From: Octopus sinensis
Taxonomy: Eukaryota
Assembly (NCBI RefSeq): GCF_006345805.1
Contig: NC_043007.1
Location: forward strand, 66,030,001 to 66,094,000
DNA length: 64,000 nucleotides
Direction: 5' to 3'
This document shows, in pieces, positions 27,364-41,032 of the stretch; within the stretch, counting starts at the first letter, position 1, and every line of letters begins with the position of its first letter. The notes below the pieces were generated by a model. That model was given only the letters and a program-made list of their open reading frames with translations, ran no database searches and was not told the DNA's origin. The position numbers and the translations under genes are program-made.

Positions 27364-27833
27364 TCATACATATACTCTCTTGTGCACGCACACACACACA
27401 CTCCCACGCACACTATTATACATCCGTATTCATAGGTGCAATACCAGCCGAGAACTCCTTCCCGCTATTTTTTTTTTACCAAACCACTCCATACCCACAC
27501 AAACAAATACATACGTTCACATACTAATGCTCTCTCTCTCTCTCTCTCTCTCTTTTCCCTATGTTTTCCTTTCTCCCCCCCCCCCCTCTCTGTCTCTTTT
27601 TTACATACACAAGCTCACACTCACGTACATACGCACGCACACCGGCGTGCACGTCCAGTTCTGTGTGACCAAACAGCGCCCGACCGCCCCGAGAGCGTCT
27701 GTCCGACCGCTCGAAACCGGCCGCCTCACCGAAATAACACGAAACAATAGAAGGGCAACGAAGACATGCTTCTAGAGTTTTTTCTTGTTTGTTTTTTTAT
27801 TATTTAAATAATAACAATAATAATAAGGATAGC

Positions 27834-27865
<32 letters not shown>

Positions 27866-28253
27866 GTGTAACAACAACAACAACAATACTACAAGAACAG
27901 TAATAACAATAATAATCACGATAATAAACATTAAATAAAATAGAATAAAAAAATATTCGGAACGCATTATTTAATTTGGACGTTTGTCTTGCAAGATGGA
28001 AGATGGAAAAAAATGAGGGGGGGGGTGATAAGTGAGGAGGAGGAGGAGGAGGAGGAGGAGGCGGAGGGAGAAAGAGGTGGAGAAGAAGAAGAAGAAGAAG
28101 AAGTTGTTGGTGCATGCGTGAAGAAACAAGACGGTGGTTGCGACGGCGTTCGGTTTTGACCTGTACCTCTCCTTGCCTATCTGCATCCATGCCACCTCGC
28201 CTTCTTACCTCACGGTTTCCTGCACCCACAGGCTCCCCCACCACACTCCAACA

Positions 28254-28291
<38 letters not shown>

Positions 28292-28900
28292 CCCCCCCTC
28301 ACCCCCCACCGTACAACACTCAATCCAATCTCTCTTCCGTCTCTTATTGCACTCCACCGCACGGCATTGCATTTTCCAGCCCCACTCTCCGCCAATTCCA
28401 ATTTCCCCTATCCACTCCAATCCACACCACAGCATAACGCCGCTCAGTACAGTACAGTACAATACAAAACAACAGTCCATAGAACAACAACAGCAACACA
28501 CATCACTCTTATGAGTCGAGCATGAAGGGAAAATATCTAACAAAAACAAAAAGATAAGCGTAAAAGAAAATGTTTATGTAAAATATAACAAAAAATAATA
28601 AATTTCTATAGGTGCTGAACAGTTAAGTGAAAAATAGTAATTCAGGGTTAAAATAGATTATAGGACTGGATAGAGAAACTATTATAGGGGAAAGGCATGA
28701 ATGCTGAAACTTCTCTTTGGCAGATCTTTTACTGCGTTTATGCGTGGTGGTGGTGGTGGTGGGAGAGGTATATTTAGAGAAGAAATTTTTGTTCGAATCT
28801 GTGTATGTAGGCATGGCATGCATGTGTGTGTATAAATAAATGTGTGTGTGTGTATGTATGCATTTATAGGTCTGTATGTATATATGAGTGACTATATGTG

Positions 28901-28974
<74 letters not shown>

Positions 28975-28977
<3 letters not shown>

Positions 28978-29205
28978 GGAAAGTTTACGAAAATAAACCA
29001 AAGACGAAGGCAGGTGGAGTACAAACAAACAAATGTATTAGTATAGCGCTCAGGAATAGAAAAAGTCTTTTACGTTTCGAGCCTACGCTCTTTGATAGAA
29101 GGATACACAGAAAAAAACAAGGAGAGAAACAAGGAGAGAAAAAAGGAGAGAAACAAGGAGAGAAAAAAGGAGAGAAAAAAGGAGAGAAAAAAATGCGTGT
29201 AGGAG
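28975..29205 (-). mobile_element. Penelope-type hammerhead module (same family as 12239 and 56625), with an internal 12-mer expansion
   Basis: Minus strand CTATCAA-A-GAGC GTAG GCTC-GAAAC-GTA-AAAGA at 29066-29103 (core decayed). (M)AAGGAGAGAAA x6 at ~29118-29190; abuts (TA)n. Confidence 0.8.
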
Positions 29206-29702
29206 CTACACACACACATATATGCACATTCACACATTAACTTTAATATTAGCTATTGTTTCTGCATATCAACCATTTATATTTCTGCTTAATGATTCTT
29301 TGAGCGATGTATTACAAAAGTGACATTTATTCGCTCAATGTCCCAAGTAAATTTCTCATTTTGGCACAGTCAACAATAACGTCAACAACAACAACATCAA
29401 CAATAGCATGAATGACTAATGAATTCTCGTATGGGTATGAAATCATAAATTTAAAAGTGATGACCGACAAATTTTGAAGGGATGGGCAGGATATGGCTCA
29501 ACTCAACCTGCAACATCATGCCAAGTAGTTATACTGACCTTTGAGGGAAAAGAATAAAGTTGAAATCAGTAGGATTTGAACTCAAAGCGAAAAGGGCCAT
29601 TACTAAACATATGGAGGCATTTGTCCCGACACAACAGCGTAAGAATTCTGGCAATCCACTGCTTCCTGCGATATAATTATTTCTAAAATTATTTCTAACA
29701 CG

Positions 29703-29905
29703 AAAGGGTGGCGAACCGGCGGTAACTTTTAGCGCGTCGGACAAAAATGCTTAGTGGTATTTCTTTGGGTTTCACGTTCTCAGTTCAAATTTCACCGAGT
29801 CGACTTTGCTTTTAAACCCTTCAGGGGCCGTTAAAATAACTATCAGTGTGGCCGATGTGATCGACTAACCACTTCATCCCAAAATTCTTTCTTGTGCCTA
29901 TCGTA
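29703..29905 (+). mobile_element. SINE (GGCGGCGAGCTGGCAGAA family), decayed
   Basis: CAGTTCAAATTTCACCGAGTCGACTTTGC core. Confidence 0.65.
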
Positions 29906-30132
29906 GAAAGAATAATTATTTTTTAAAATTAGCACAAGATCACAATATCGGGGAAATTTTGTGAATTAAATTTTAGTGATTTTGATGTGTAGTTTATTTT
30001 ACTAAGTTGGGGGAAGGATGGGAGACAAACTTAACTTCGGTCGGATTTCGACATAGAGCAAAAAGTACGTAGCTACGTACCGCAAGATGTTTGACCTGAT
30101 GCTCTAATGATTCTGCCACCCGAGCAGCTTTC

Positions 30133-30194
<62 letters not shown>

Positions 30195-30342
30195 ATGCAT
30201 ATATATATATATATAATATGACTTTTTTTATTAAATTACAAACTCAACAGTTTTGAAGGGAGTTGTCTATCGCTTACACCGACACCGGAAGGAAGAAGTT
30301 AACAGCGGACGGATTTGAAACCAAGATGTATACATCGAAGTT

Positions 30343-30382
<40 letters not shown>

Positions 30383-30470
30383 GTGGGTGGGTGGGGTTTC
30401 TATACACATACATACATACATACATACATACATACATACATACATACATACATACATTCATACATTCAGA

Positions 30471-31675
30471 GACATAATAGAAGTAAATAGACCCTTATAA
30501 TCATTAAAATTTTTATTTAAATCTGAAATTATACATTCAGATTAGTTGTTAATTGTTATGATGTGAATATGTGATATTTAATTCAATGCAAGAACACTAT
30601 TAGGCATGTTACTGATCAGGTGACGGATATTCTCTTGCGGAATTTCTTGCCAAGTTTCATGCAGTAATCTCAAAAGGTCCGGCTTTGAAGATTCTTTCTT
30701 GTTCTTGTTATGAAGTGTCCTGTCCATTATGTCCCAGAGGTGTTCAATAGGGTTCATATCTGGTGACTGGCTTAGCCATGGAAGCTTTTTAATGCCGTTC
30801 TCTTCCAACATATCTTTCGTTTTTTAGTTGTGTGTCAAGGAGCCTCATCTTCCATAAATCAAGAGTCTTCTTTAATCATTTCACAAATGGAGAAGATTGG
30901 AAGGAGTTCTTTCTCCAATATAGACACATATTTATCTGAGTTTATGTTTCCATTACACTCCACCAGCTCTGATCAACCATTGCACCAAATTGCTCCCCAA
31001 ACCATCACAGAATAGCTGCCATGTTTCATTATTGACTGCAATCTTTTCACATAAAATTGTTGACCATAGAGTCTCCAGACCCACACTCGACAACTGTCAA
31101 GAAATACAGCAGATCTGGACTCGTCAGAAAGTATGACAGTGTTCCAAAATGCTAGTGTCCTTTTCACCATCTTACTGGCTCAACCTTCTCGCTTGGTGTT
31201 GGCTGGTTGAGAAGGGATTCCTTCTTGCTGCTCTGCCATCATAACCAAGTTTGTGACGATACCTGACAGCTGTTCTGGGACTTGTTCTGCTATGCCCCAG
31301 GCCTTGCAACGAGCATTATCCTCCAAACTTCTCTTAACAAAGATTAGGGTTCTGTCAGAGGGCCCTGCTTGAACTGGTTGAGGTGATGTGGACTCCTCCT
31401 CTCTGGTGAATTGCACAATCACTCTATTAACTGTAGAAAGCGGGATCAAAAGGTTTTCTGCGATTTTACGCTGACTATGTCCATCTTCAGAATCACCCAC
31501 AATATAGCCTCTTTGAAATTCAGACAGTTCCAAAGATTATTTTATATATGGCATGATTAAACAGTCACATATAGAACTTGAAACATAGAAATGTCAATTA
31601 ATAAAATTATAAACCTCTACATGTTAGAATAAACAAAAAAGGATGTTTTAGAGCGTGCCTATTTACTTCTGTCAT

Positions 31676-31678
<3 letters not shown>
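30471..31678 (-). mobile_element. Tc1-family DNA transposon (DD34E), decayed
   Basis: [45 protein letters not shown] (34 residues between D and E after repairing one frameshift). Imperfect ~24-bp TIRs (..AGAAGTAAATAG..); TA at the right end. Confidence 0.9.
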
Positions 31679-31713
<35 letters not shown>

Positions 31714-32190
31714 TGTGTGTGTATACTATCGACTAAATGCACCTAACGTACATCATGTTCTGTGTATTAGTCGGTAGGCTACCTAATAACGTGCTGGAGC
31801 ATTACTCTCTCAAAGTGCCGGGTGTTATTTCATATTTGAATTTATATATATATATATGTATGTTTGTATGGATACTGGCAGTGTTCTCGAACTTTAGCGA
31901 GGCCTGTGGTTTATTCAAATTGTTTAGTACGGATAAATCGTTACGTACACGTTAGTAGGATTTAAACCTTCGAATGCAAGAGACCGTTTTTTAAGATCTT
32001 TCACATATCTTACCACCCACTGCCTTTTAAGATCACATTGTTGTTGAAGTCGTTGAAGAGGATGGTAATGGTGTGGAGATGGCTTTAATAATTATTGCAG
32101 GGCCGTTCCTGCAGCAAAATTGGCTCATGAACAAATAAATGCACTCGACCCTATAGCATTTATTTATTGACAGCGAGTCACAATATACAT

Positions 32191-32393
32191 AACAAGGCTT
32201 GCTGAAAAGTTCCGGGCTTTAAGGGTGTCACGAAAGGCCGGTTTGGAGCCCAACCTTCCAAGTTCTTTTAGAGGGATTAGAAAAACTTATGGACCGCTGC
32301 AATACGAGAGAAATGTGTTGCATAAAATCTTAATTAACTGATCGTCTTCTATTTCCTTCTACCTGAAGCTAGTAACATTTCAGCACCCTCTCG
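32191..32393 (+). mobile_element. mariner-derived MITE
   Basis: GCTGAAAAGTTCC...TTTCAGCACCCTCTCG-TA imperfect TIRs; internal EGLEKLMDRC remnant of a transposase C-terminus. Confidence 0.65.
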
Positions 32394-32912
32394 TAATTCA
32401 GAATCGGTCCCTTAGATTCGTGAGGCTCCCGGACAATTGCCCATACCTTAACACGCACTGGATGATAATGGTAGTTGTTGTTATTGTTGTTGGTGGTGGT
32501 GGTAGTGGTGGGGGGAAGTTCTTTACGCTTTTGCATATATGTTTGTTTTTATTTATTTGTAAAGGGACGGTGCACTGTTGTTTTTGTCCGTCGATTTCCT
32601 TACCTATAAAGGAGAAATGAAGGCGTTCATTATGAATACAAAATCCTGGAAGAGTTTTGTAAATGACCAAGTGAAGTAGAGGGTTGTTCTGATCTGCTTA
32701 CTCAAAGATGTAAGAGATGTAAGACGTTGTGGCAGAAAGGCGGTCGCGCAGAAAATAGCACATCAATGCCAGCAAACCAATGGACTCACACGCGCATAAC
32801 TGTTACACACACGTCTAACAAAGAATGTCATTCCAGTATTGATATTTGTAGCTACAAGCGACACTACTTCTGCACACACTGACACACATATACACGCATA
32901 CACGCACGCACG

Positions 32913-32980
<68 letters not shown>

Positions 32981-34715
32981 ATTCCTTAAATTAATGATTC
33001 AACGTTTAGGGTTTCTTGGCGTTCTGGAGACGAAGTGAAAGATCTATGTGAATTCGCAAGGATTTATTAAAACTACTTTAAGGTTAAAAGTTTAGGAAAT
33101 ATAAGCAGACTGCTGTTACAATGTTTTATTAACGATATTTGCGAACGACTATGGCTTAGTAACATGTCCCTTGCTTTCGTTAGATGTTTTTGATGTCCAT
33201 GTAATCCCGAATAGACAGGCACCCCACTTGACTCTCCCACCGTTTGACTCAGCAATATATTCAACATGAGACATATTGGGGGATAGAGCGGCACCAGCGC
33301 TGACATAGTACTCATTTGTCTACAACTAAACTGCAACAGGGCAAAATGAAATGTCATGTTAAAAGAAAAAACTTGTGCCACCCTCTTCAAGGATTGACGC
33401 TACATCATTCTGAATGAGAACCGAAACTATCTATCCATTTGATCGCATATTGTCAGCAGATACGCGCAGCAAAATTATATTTATAACACATATTCCAAAA
33501 TGTCACTCATTGCGATCGTTGAAATGAAGAATATTTGTGGAAGCATAAACAAACATCAAAACATCAACAACATTGAGAAAGGAAAAACAGTGAAATATAG
33601 ACAAACAACAACCGGTAGGTATATTTATAAGCTTAATTAATGGTGACATCTCAATTATGACAAAATTAACAGTCAAGCATTAGTGTATTGAACTTTTTAT
33701 GGAAAGGACGTCGGTTTTTCTCCTGTAACTGGCATTGCATTCCACATGCGGTCAAAAATACCTCTCTAAAGACCAAAGCACTTAAATATTTAAGCTTTTC
33801 TTTACTGCTGGCATGTCAATGAAGGAACGTCTGCATAGCTGCTTAAACTGCTTGAAACAACTGCCTAATCTCATTCAAATCATCGCAGGATCTTTTTTTA
33901 GAATGTCAGTATGGATAATGGAATTCCAGTTTGCCTGTACACGGAGGAAGGACTGGAGAGTCACAAACAGAATGCCTTTAATCATAGGTATATTTTATCA
34001 GTATTGATGTTTGCGAAGGACTAGACAACTACTACAAGGTATTGCATGTTAGGAACCGGCAGTCGCTCTAAGTGTTGTTTTCACGTTGAAATAAAAGAGT
34101 GTTTCATACATTCTGGATACACTTCCTCCTGATTATAGCTTGGAGAGCGACGAGTTCCGTGAACATTATTTGAAAACAAAACCTTTAGTGGCTCTTCAGT
34201 TACCAAATAGGTTATGGGATTCATCACCACAAACAAGTTAATAGGATATTGAATAGAATAAAATAGAAAGGGCTAAAATGTCTGCTGACAAAGGAAATGA
34301 ATCGCTTTGAGTCATAAAATTAGATCGGATATTACAAGAAGAAAAAAAGATATAGAAAGGAAATAAAAGCAGAGGAAGTGCATGTGAAAAAGATTAGAGC
34401 TAGTGTTAATAACAAAAATCAATAGCCTTCCTTATTGATTTAATTACCCGATGGGCTGTCACAGTCATGCGATACAATGCGGCAATCCTTAAGTGGCACA
34501 AAGCAAAACTATAGATATGTTGGATTTAGATTCTAGAAAGATTATGGTTGAATTCAATCTCGTTGAATAGGACATGCAATCTAATATCTGTTTGTATGGT
34601 GGGGTTAGGGTGGATTGGAATAATCAGAAAAACCGGGTTTGATCATTACCGAGGGATTTATAACAATTGTAAGAAGTAATTTAGAGCGATTGTCTACAAA
34701 TAGAGGAAACAAATA

Positions 34716-34716
<1 letters not shown>

Positions 34717-34763
<47 letters not shown>

Positions 34764-34777
34764 GCTGCTGCTGCTAC

Positions 34778-34808
<31 letters not shown>

Positions 34809-34986
34809 ACCACTAATATTTCCAAAACTACTGCAGCTCCTGCCACTACTATTACTACTACTATGACAACCACCACCACCACCACCACCGCTGCTACAAC
34901 TACTGCTGGTATCATCATCATAATCATCATCAACATTATCATCATTACCATTATTATTATCATTATTATTATTATTATTATTATTT

Positions 34987-35024
<38 letters not shown>
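34717..35024. repeat. Compound microsatellite (CTA)n-(CTG)n-(CAC)n-(ATT)n
   Basis: Direct reading. Confidence 0.95.
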
Positions 35025-35025
<1 letters not shown>

Positions 35026-35540
35026 CGACGGTCAGCCGGTCTATCTGCTGTCAGCACCCGTTGAGTGGTGGCCTGGGCACGCCGTGGTTAAAGACGTGCC
35101 GACATGCACTGAGGGTACGACATCTCCAGTGCTTTCGGCTACTCCTTGATCAACTTCTTCACATTTCACTTGAAAAGGAAAACAAGGGCAGAGAGGGAAG
35201 TGTTGTCTTCTGGTCAGTTTGCTGAAAGGTGGATGAAAGTGGCGAAAATGGTGCGGGTGAATGGGCCTTCCCTGTGCATTCGCCAGTAGTCGAAAAAAAA
35301 AGGAAAGGAAAATGGCACCTGCTCCATAACCCAGGGTACTCGAGGTTGTTTATGGGGTTTTCCCATGAGCAGCCCTAGAACGTCTCCTCCCTATTGAGGA
35401 TCACACATTGTTGATTTTAAAAATTTTGTTGGTCTAAACCCTCACAACACACTCGCAGTCATACTCACACACATTCTTGGTTTTGTCCTGTACTGTCCAT
35501 AACGTTTTTCTTAATGTAAACCCTTAACAAAGAAATCATC

Positions 35541-35545
<5 letters not shown>
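35025..35545 (+). mobile_element. 3' end of an L1/Tx1-like LINE inside an (ATT)n tract
   Basis: LINFFTFHLKRKTRAEREVLSSGQFAERWMKVAKMVRVNGPSL* fits the F..RW C-terminus of Tx1-type ORF2. T-rich UTR; ATT repeats on both sides. Confidence 0.5.
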
Positions 35546-35580
<35 letters not shown>

Positions 35581-35593
35581 TATTATTATTATT

Positions 35594-35634
<41 letters not shown>

Positions 35635-36300
35635 TATCATCATCATCATCATCATTAATTTATTTTTGTGCTTTCAACAAATTCTGCATATGAAGGGCTT
35701 TATTAAAGACGAAATATAATGATTTGTTTTTTCATCAAGTAGGAAAAAAGCAAAGAGAAAAATGCATAAATTCAATCAAATACTCACGCACACACAGATA
35801 CACACACGTGTTTGTGTATCAAATATTTTCTTCATGCATGTATGCGTGTGTCTGTGAGTGTCTGTGTGTATATGTGTATACATACGCACGCACGCATTTT
35901 CATGTGCGTGTCGTTGCTTGTCTGTCATGAAGCAACGAATCTTTACTAATTTCGCAGGAAGACACAGATATAAATCACAATGATGCACGAATAGAGCAAA
36001 AAAAAATCCCAGGTCCAATGTTTCACCGGAGTAAAATAGAGACGAATCAGGAAAAGAGATGTAGAGAGACTGAAAGACGTAATAGGGCCGTATATGAATA
36101 GTGTTAGTCTGAGCTATAGAAGAATTGCCACTCTTTATCTAAAACCCTGCTTTCCATTTCCCTTTTAATCTTTCTTTAATTTCCTTCTGTCTCTCCCTCT
36201 CTTTCTAAGTTCCCCTCCTTTCCGTACACACACCCACACCCCCCCCCCCCTCTCTCTCTCTCTCTCGCTGTCGCATTCTTTAGTCAGTATGCACTTTATT

Positions 36301-36500
36301 GAGGGAACGTGGCCTTATGGTTAGTGTATTGCACTCATGGTGGCAAGTCCGTAGGTACGATCCCCGGACTGGGAGGTGCGATGTGTTCTTGAGCAAAACA
36401 CTTCATCTTACGTTGCCATGCGATCAATTTGACATCTAAGATATGGCACGTCGTGCACATGTACAGGTAATGTGGATTTCATGGCGGTAGTAAGCATATG
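36301..36500 (+). mobile_element. Decayed tRNA-derived SINE
   Basis: TGGCCTTATGGTTAG A box, GGTACGATCCC B box, TGTGTTCTTGAGCAAAACACTT body. Confidence 0.7.
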
Positions 36501-36614
36501 TGCTGCACAAATATTCGATCACTATAAGCAAATTATCTGCAGGATCTTCAACAAGAATTTGCAGAGCCGTCTTTCACGGATCGAGGAAGACTACCATTAC
36601 TATTTCAAATAATA

Positions 36615-36810
36615 TTGATTTCAAATTTTGGCTCAAGGCCAGTGGGGTAAGTCGATTACACAGACCTCCAGTGTTCAACTGGTACTCATTTTATCAACCC
36701 CGAAAAGATGACAGGCAAAGTCGACATTGGCAAAATTTGAACACCCACCGTAAAATCGGACTAAATGCAACTAAGCATTTTGCGCGGAGTGTTCATGATT
36801 CTGCTCGAAT
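36615..36810 (-). mobile_element. SINE (GGCGGCGAGCTGGCAGAA family)
   Basis: Homology to 14430-14640. Confidence 0.7.
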
Positions 36811-37146
36811 TGTTTCATATTTTCAAACGTTTTCGTTTGTAAAATATTCATGTTAAATGCATTATATATCGGACTGATAAACTGTTAATTCTTATAATAT
36901 TTTAAATATATACATGTATGAGGTATCATGATTGGGAAGTCTCCGGATTTTGAGAAGGGTGGAACCAATTCTGTGTCACTGTTGTCCTACTCTGAACCCC
37001 ACTCAAGAGGCCCACTGTACATTAATTAACATAAATCACCGAAACTGAGGTACTCCAAGCTTTTAATACGGCATCCTTCTAAGAGAGGGGCACTCTAATG
37101 TATATGTATATGATGGACCCTCCGTCGAAGATGACGTATGAATGTT

Positions 37147-37482
37147 CAGCCTCGGGCCGATCAAAACCTTGTGTGGATTTTGGTAGACAGAAAGCGAAAG
37201 ATGCATGTCGTATATGTATTATGTGTGTGTCTGTGTGTGTGTGTGTGTACGTACGTGTGTGTGTTTGTGAGTCTGTATTTGGCCCCTCCACCCACCATCG
37301 CTTGACAACCGATGTTGGTGTGTTTATGTCCCCGTAATCTGGCAGTTCGGCAAAAGAGACCGATAGAATGAGTACTAGGCTTACAAAGAATGAGACCTGG
37401 AGTCGATTTTTTCCACTAAGAAAGAAATATAGGTGATGCTCCAGCATGGCTGCAGTTGAATGACTGAAACAATTAAAAGAAT
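37147..37482 (+). mobile_element. 5'-truncated long SINE (family of 51102-51523)
   Basis: CGGCAAAAGAGACCGATAGAAT..GCTCCAGCATGGC..TGACTGAAAC 3' body. Confidence 0.75.
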
Positions 37483-37487
37483 ATATA

Positions 37488-38725
37488 CAGGGGTTGGACA
37501 AAATAATGGAAACACCTGGCATCATAGCATCATAATTTTGATATATCCATAAAACAGTCAAAAGATTGTTTATTTTTCTGGGTTTTTTAAAATTTATTAT
37601 TAGTGTTGCTTAATATGTTTTGCTAAAATTGCTGTTTCTTTTCAGATATCATCAGAAAAGGGTAATTAAAATTCATTAAAATAACATATCTATCGGACTT
37701 TCAAAGAGGTCAAATTGTTGGTGCTCGTATGGCAGGTGCTAGCATTACGAGAACAGCTGAAATGTTTGGTGTATCAAGAAATACTGTCTCCAAAGTAATG
37801 ACCGCCTTTGAAAAAGAGGGGAAAAACCTCTTCGTCGAAATAAAACTCTGGAAGAAAACCAAAACTTTCAGATAGGGACCGTCAGACTCTTATGCGAATT
37901 GTTAGAAAGGATCACAAAAGTACAGCTCCCAAAATTACTGCAGAGCTTAATGACCACCTCGAGAACCCAGTTTCCACAAAAACTGTTCGCCGGGAGCTGC
38001 ACAAAGCCGGATTTAACGGGAGGGCTGCAATCAGAAAACCTCTTCTTTCAAAAACAAACGTTGCAAAGCGTTTAGAGTGGAGTAAAAACCTACAGAATCG
38101 GTCCCTAGAACAGTGGAAGGATGTTATTTTCTCAGACGAGTCATCCTTTACCTTATTTCCGACCTCCGACCCAGTGTACATGTGGAGACAGCCAAAGGAA
38201 GCATTTGACCCAGACTGCCTTCTTCCAACTGTTAAACATGGAGGAGGATGTATGATCATCTGGGAGGCTATATCTTGGAAATCCGTCGGCCCACTAGTTT
38301 CCCTTCATGACAGAATTAATAGTCAAGCCTATTTAAGCATTTTATCTGATCAAATTCATTCTATATCTGGGAACTCTTTCCGGAAAGAAACGCAGTCTTT
38401 CAAGATGATAATGCACCAATTCACATAGCTAAATTTGTTACTGAATAGCACGAGAACATTCTGGTGAAGTTGAACATCTTATCTGGCCACCACAGTCCCC
38501 AGATCTCAATATTATTGAACATTTATGGTACATTTTAGAAAAACGAGTAACTGAAGACTTTAGCTGAAGAATGGGAAAAAATTCCTTTGGAAACAATTCA
38601 AACTTCGTACGAATCCATAACTCGTATAATTCAAGGTGTAATTACTGCCAAAGGTAGTCCTTCTCCATATTAAAATCAATTTGTTTGAAATTATAAGCTG
38701 TTTCCGTTATTTTGTTCAACCACTG
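37488..38725 (+). mobile_element. Tc1-like DNA transposon with DD36E triad (Incomer-type), decayed
   Basis: TA-flanked ~30-bp TIRs CAGGGGTTGGACAAAATAATGGAAACACCT / [66 protein letters not shown] (36 residues after repairing a 1-nt deletion). Confidence 0.9.
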
Positions 38726-39440
38726 TATATCAGTATTTTGATAAAAAAAAAACTTTATAGAGCAAAAACAAGTCATTGGAAAAATAAAAGATTTAGTAAT
38801 TTTTTTAAGATCAAATCTTCTCAGACAGTTCTACAAGCCTGACCACAAACCACCATCCTAACTGCCGCCTTCATCGCCAACACCATCATTATCTTCCTCA
38901 TTATCATCAACTCCACCAACATCACTACAAGCTGCTATCATTGTAATTACCGTCATCACCAGATCTCAAAATAATCATCATTACCACCACCACCACTACC
39001 ACAAGAACCACCACCACCACTACAGCTACAACTATCACCAACGCCATCTATACAATCGCCACCACAAACCACAATCACCATCATTATTGCCATCTTCGTT
39101 ATCATCATCACTTCCACCAGCATCATAGACCATATCACAAACAAACATACTGTAATCTGTTCGTGCAGGCACACAGCTCTATGCATGGAAACAGTATGTG
39201 AGAGAGAGGGGCGAATAACAGAAAGAGATAAGGGTAGAATGCGGGAAGAGAGGAAGAGACAGAGAGAGAGAGACAGAGGCAGATAAAGACAGAGTGGGAA
39301 AAGGGAAAAAGAACGAGGAAGATTACGTGAAGAAAGAGAGAGTGAAAGGGAGAGACAAATACAGACAGACAGACAGACAAACAGGGCTAGTAAAATAAAA
39401 ATACATGCATACTTACATACATACATACATACATACATAC

Positions 39441-40087
39441 ACCGAAGATACCCACTTAATAAGCAGTTGTCCGAAAATGTCATCATAGTATTATCTGCCG
39501 ATGTGACATGATGTTGTAGCTGGGACACTCTATAATGGAAACCGTCAGAAGGGTAGCTCCGAGGACAAGAAATAAGAACCAACAGTATGGTAGAAATCAT
39601 AGCCACTCATAATAAAAAGGAGTACTGATGGAATGTCCCAGTGAAGACCACAATAAAATGTAAGCACAACAGACCTGATATAATGATTTGGGATAGAGAA
39701 GAGAAACTGTGTACAGTTGTAGAAATCAGCTGCCCAGCGGATGTTAACATAAAGCTGAAGATCAAGGAAAAAGAGAAAACCTATGTTGAACTATAGAAAA
39801 ATCTGCATTGACCCAATCCAGATTACAAGTTCAGATTTATACCTATAATTATTGGGGACCTGAAATATGTAACACACTGACTAAATACAAATCTTGAGAA
39901 ATTAGGCTTCTCAAAACCAGAAAGGAGAAAGCTAATTCGATGACTACAGATCCAATCCATCACTGGAACTATGAAAATCAGTAAAACTTTCCAGAAGTTT
40001 ATCATTTAAATATATCTGAGCATGTCTAGATATGCAACTATATGCATGGGAATACATACATAAAACAAAACGTACAATTCTGCACAC
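39441..40087 (+). mobile_element. 5'-truncated R4-type element (family B) inserted in a (TACA)n tract
   Basis: SCPKMSS*YYLPM*HDVVA and KHNRPDIMIWD..VVEISCPADVNI..KEK.Y REL domain; (CATA)n on both flanks. Confidence 0.8.
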
Positions 40088-40124
40088 ATACATACATACA
40101 TACAAACATACATACATACATACA

Positions 40125-40158
<34 letters not shown>

Positions 40159-40582
40159 CATACATACCCTGTTGTTGATGTTGAAATTCCAATGAAGGAG
40201 CCTTGGATCTAGGTTAGAAACTGGCTCTTTCACTATTGACAAGAAATCTTGAAATAAAATTGAACACTCACATACATACATACTTATATACATACATACG
40301 TACCTACGTACGTGCGTACATACGTACATACATACTTACATAAATGCATACATGCATACATACATATATACATACATGCATACTAATTTTGGATCGCCTT
40401 GAAAACGTTGTGTTAACATGTATTTTCGGATATAGTATTAATTTCAATGATATTTTCTGTATCTAAATATGTTGATACAACAGAAATAATAGTCGGTTTT
40501 GAATGGTGAGTTCTGCAATTAAAGGTGTTTTTCTCTACCAGTATTCTCTGAATTTCTCGAAATCCTTCAAAATTGTATTTTA

Positions 40583-40618
<36 letters not shown>

Positions 40619-40622
<4 letters not shown>

Positions 40623-41032
40623 CTTTACTCTTTTTACTCTTTTACTCCTTTATTTGTTTCAGTCATTTGACTGAGGCCATGCTGGAGCACCGCCTTTAGT
40701 CGAGCAAATCGACCCCAGGACTTATTCTTTGTAAGCCCAGTACTTATTCTATCGGTCTCTTTTTGCCGAACCGTTAAGTGACGGAGACGTAAACACACCA
40801 GCATCGGTTGTCAAGCAATGCTAGGGGTACAAACACAGACACACAAACACACATACATATATATATATACGACAGGCTTCTTTCAGTTTCCGTCTACCAA
40901 ATCCACTCACAATGCATTGGTCGGCCCGGGGCTATAGCAGAAGACACTTGCCCAAGATGCCACGCAGTGGGACTGAACCCGGAACCATGAGGTTGGTTAG
41001 CAAGCTACTTACCACACAGCCACTCCTGCGCC
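40619..41032 (-). mobile_element. Full-length long SINE with (AAGAGTA)n tail
   Basis: Reverse complement of the 51102-51523 family; head GGCGCAGGAGTGGCTGTGTGG, B box GGTTCAGTCCC. Confidence 0.9.

Noticed and set aside
35040-35290. Run of GC-rich hairpins suggesting an HDV-like ribozyme
   Set aside because: I could not build the nested double pseudoknot; the region is better explained as a Tx1-like coding 3' end.
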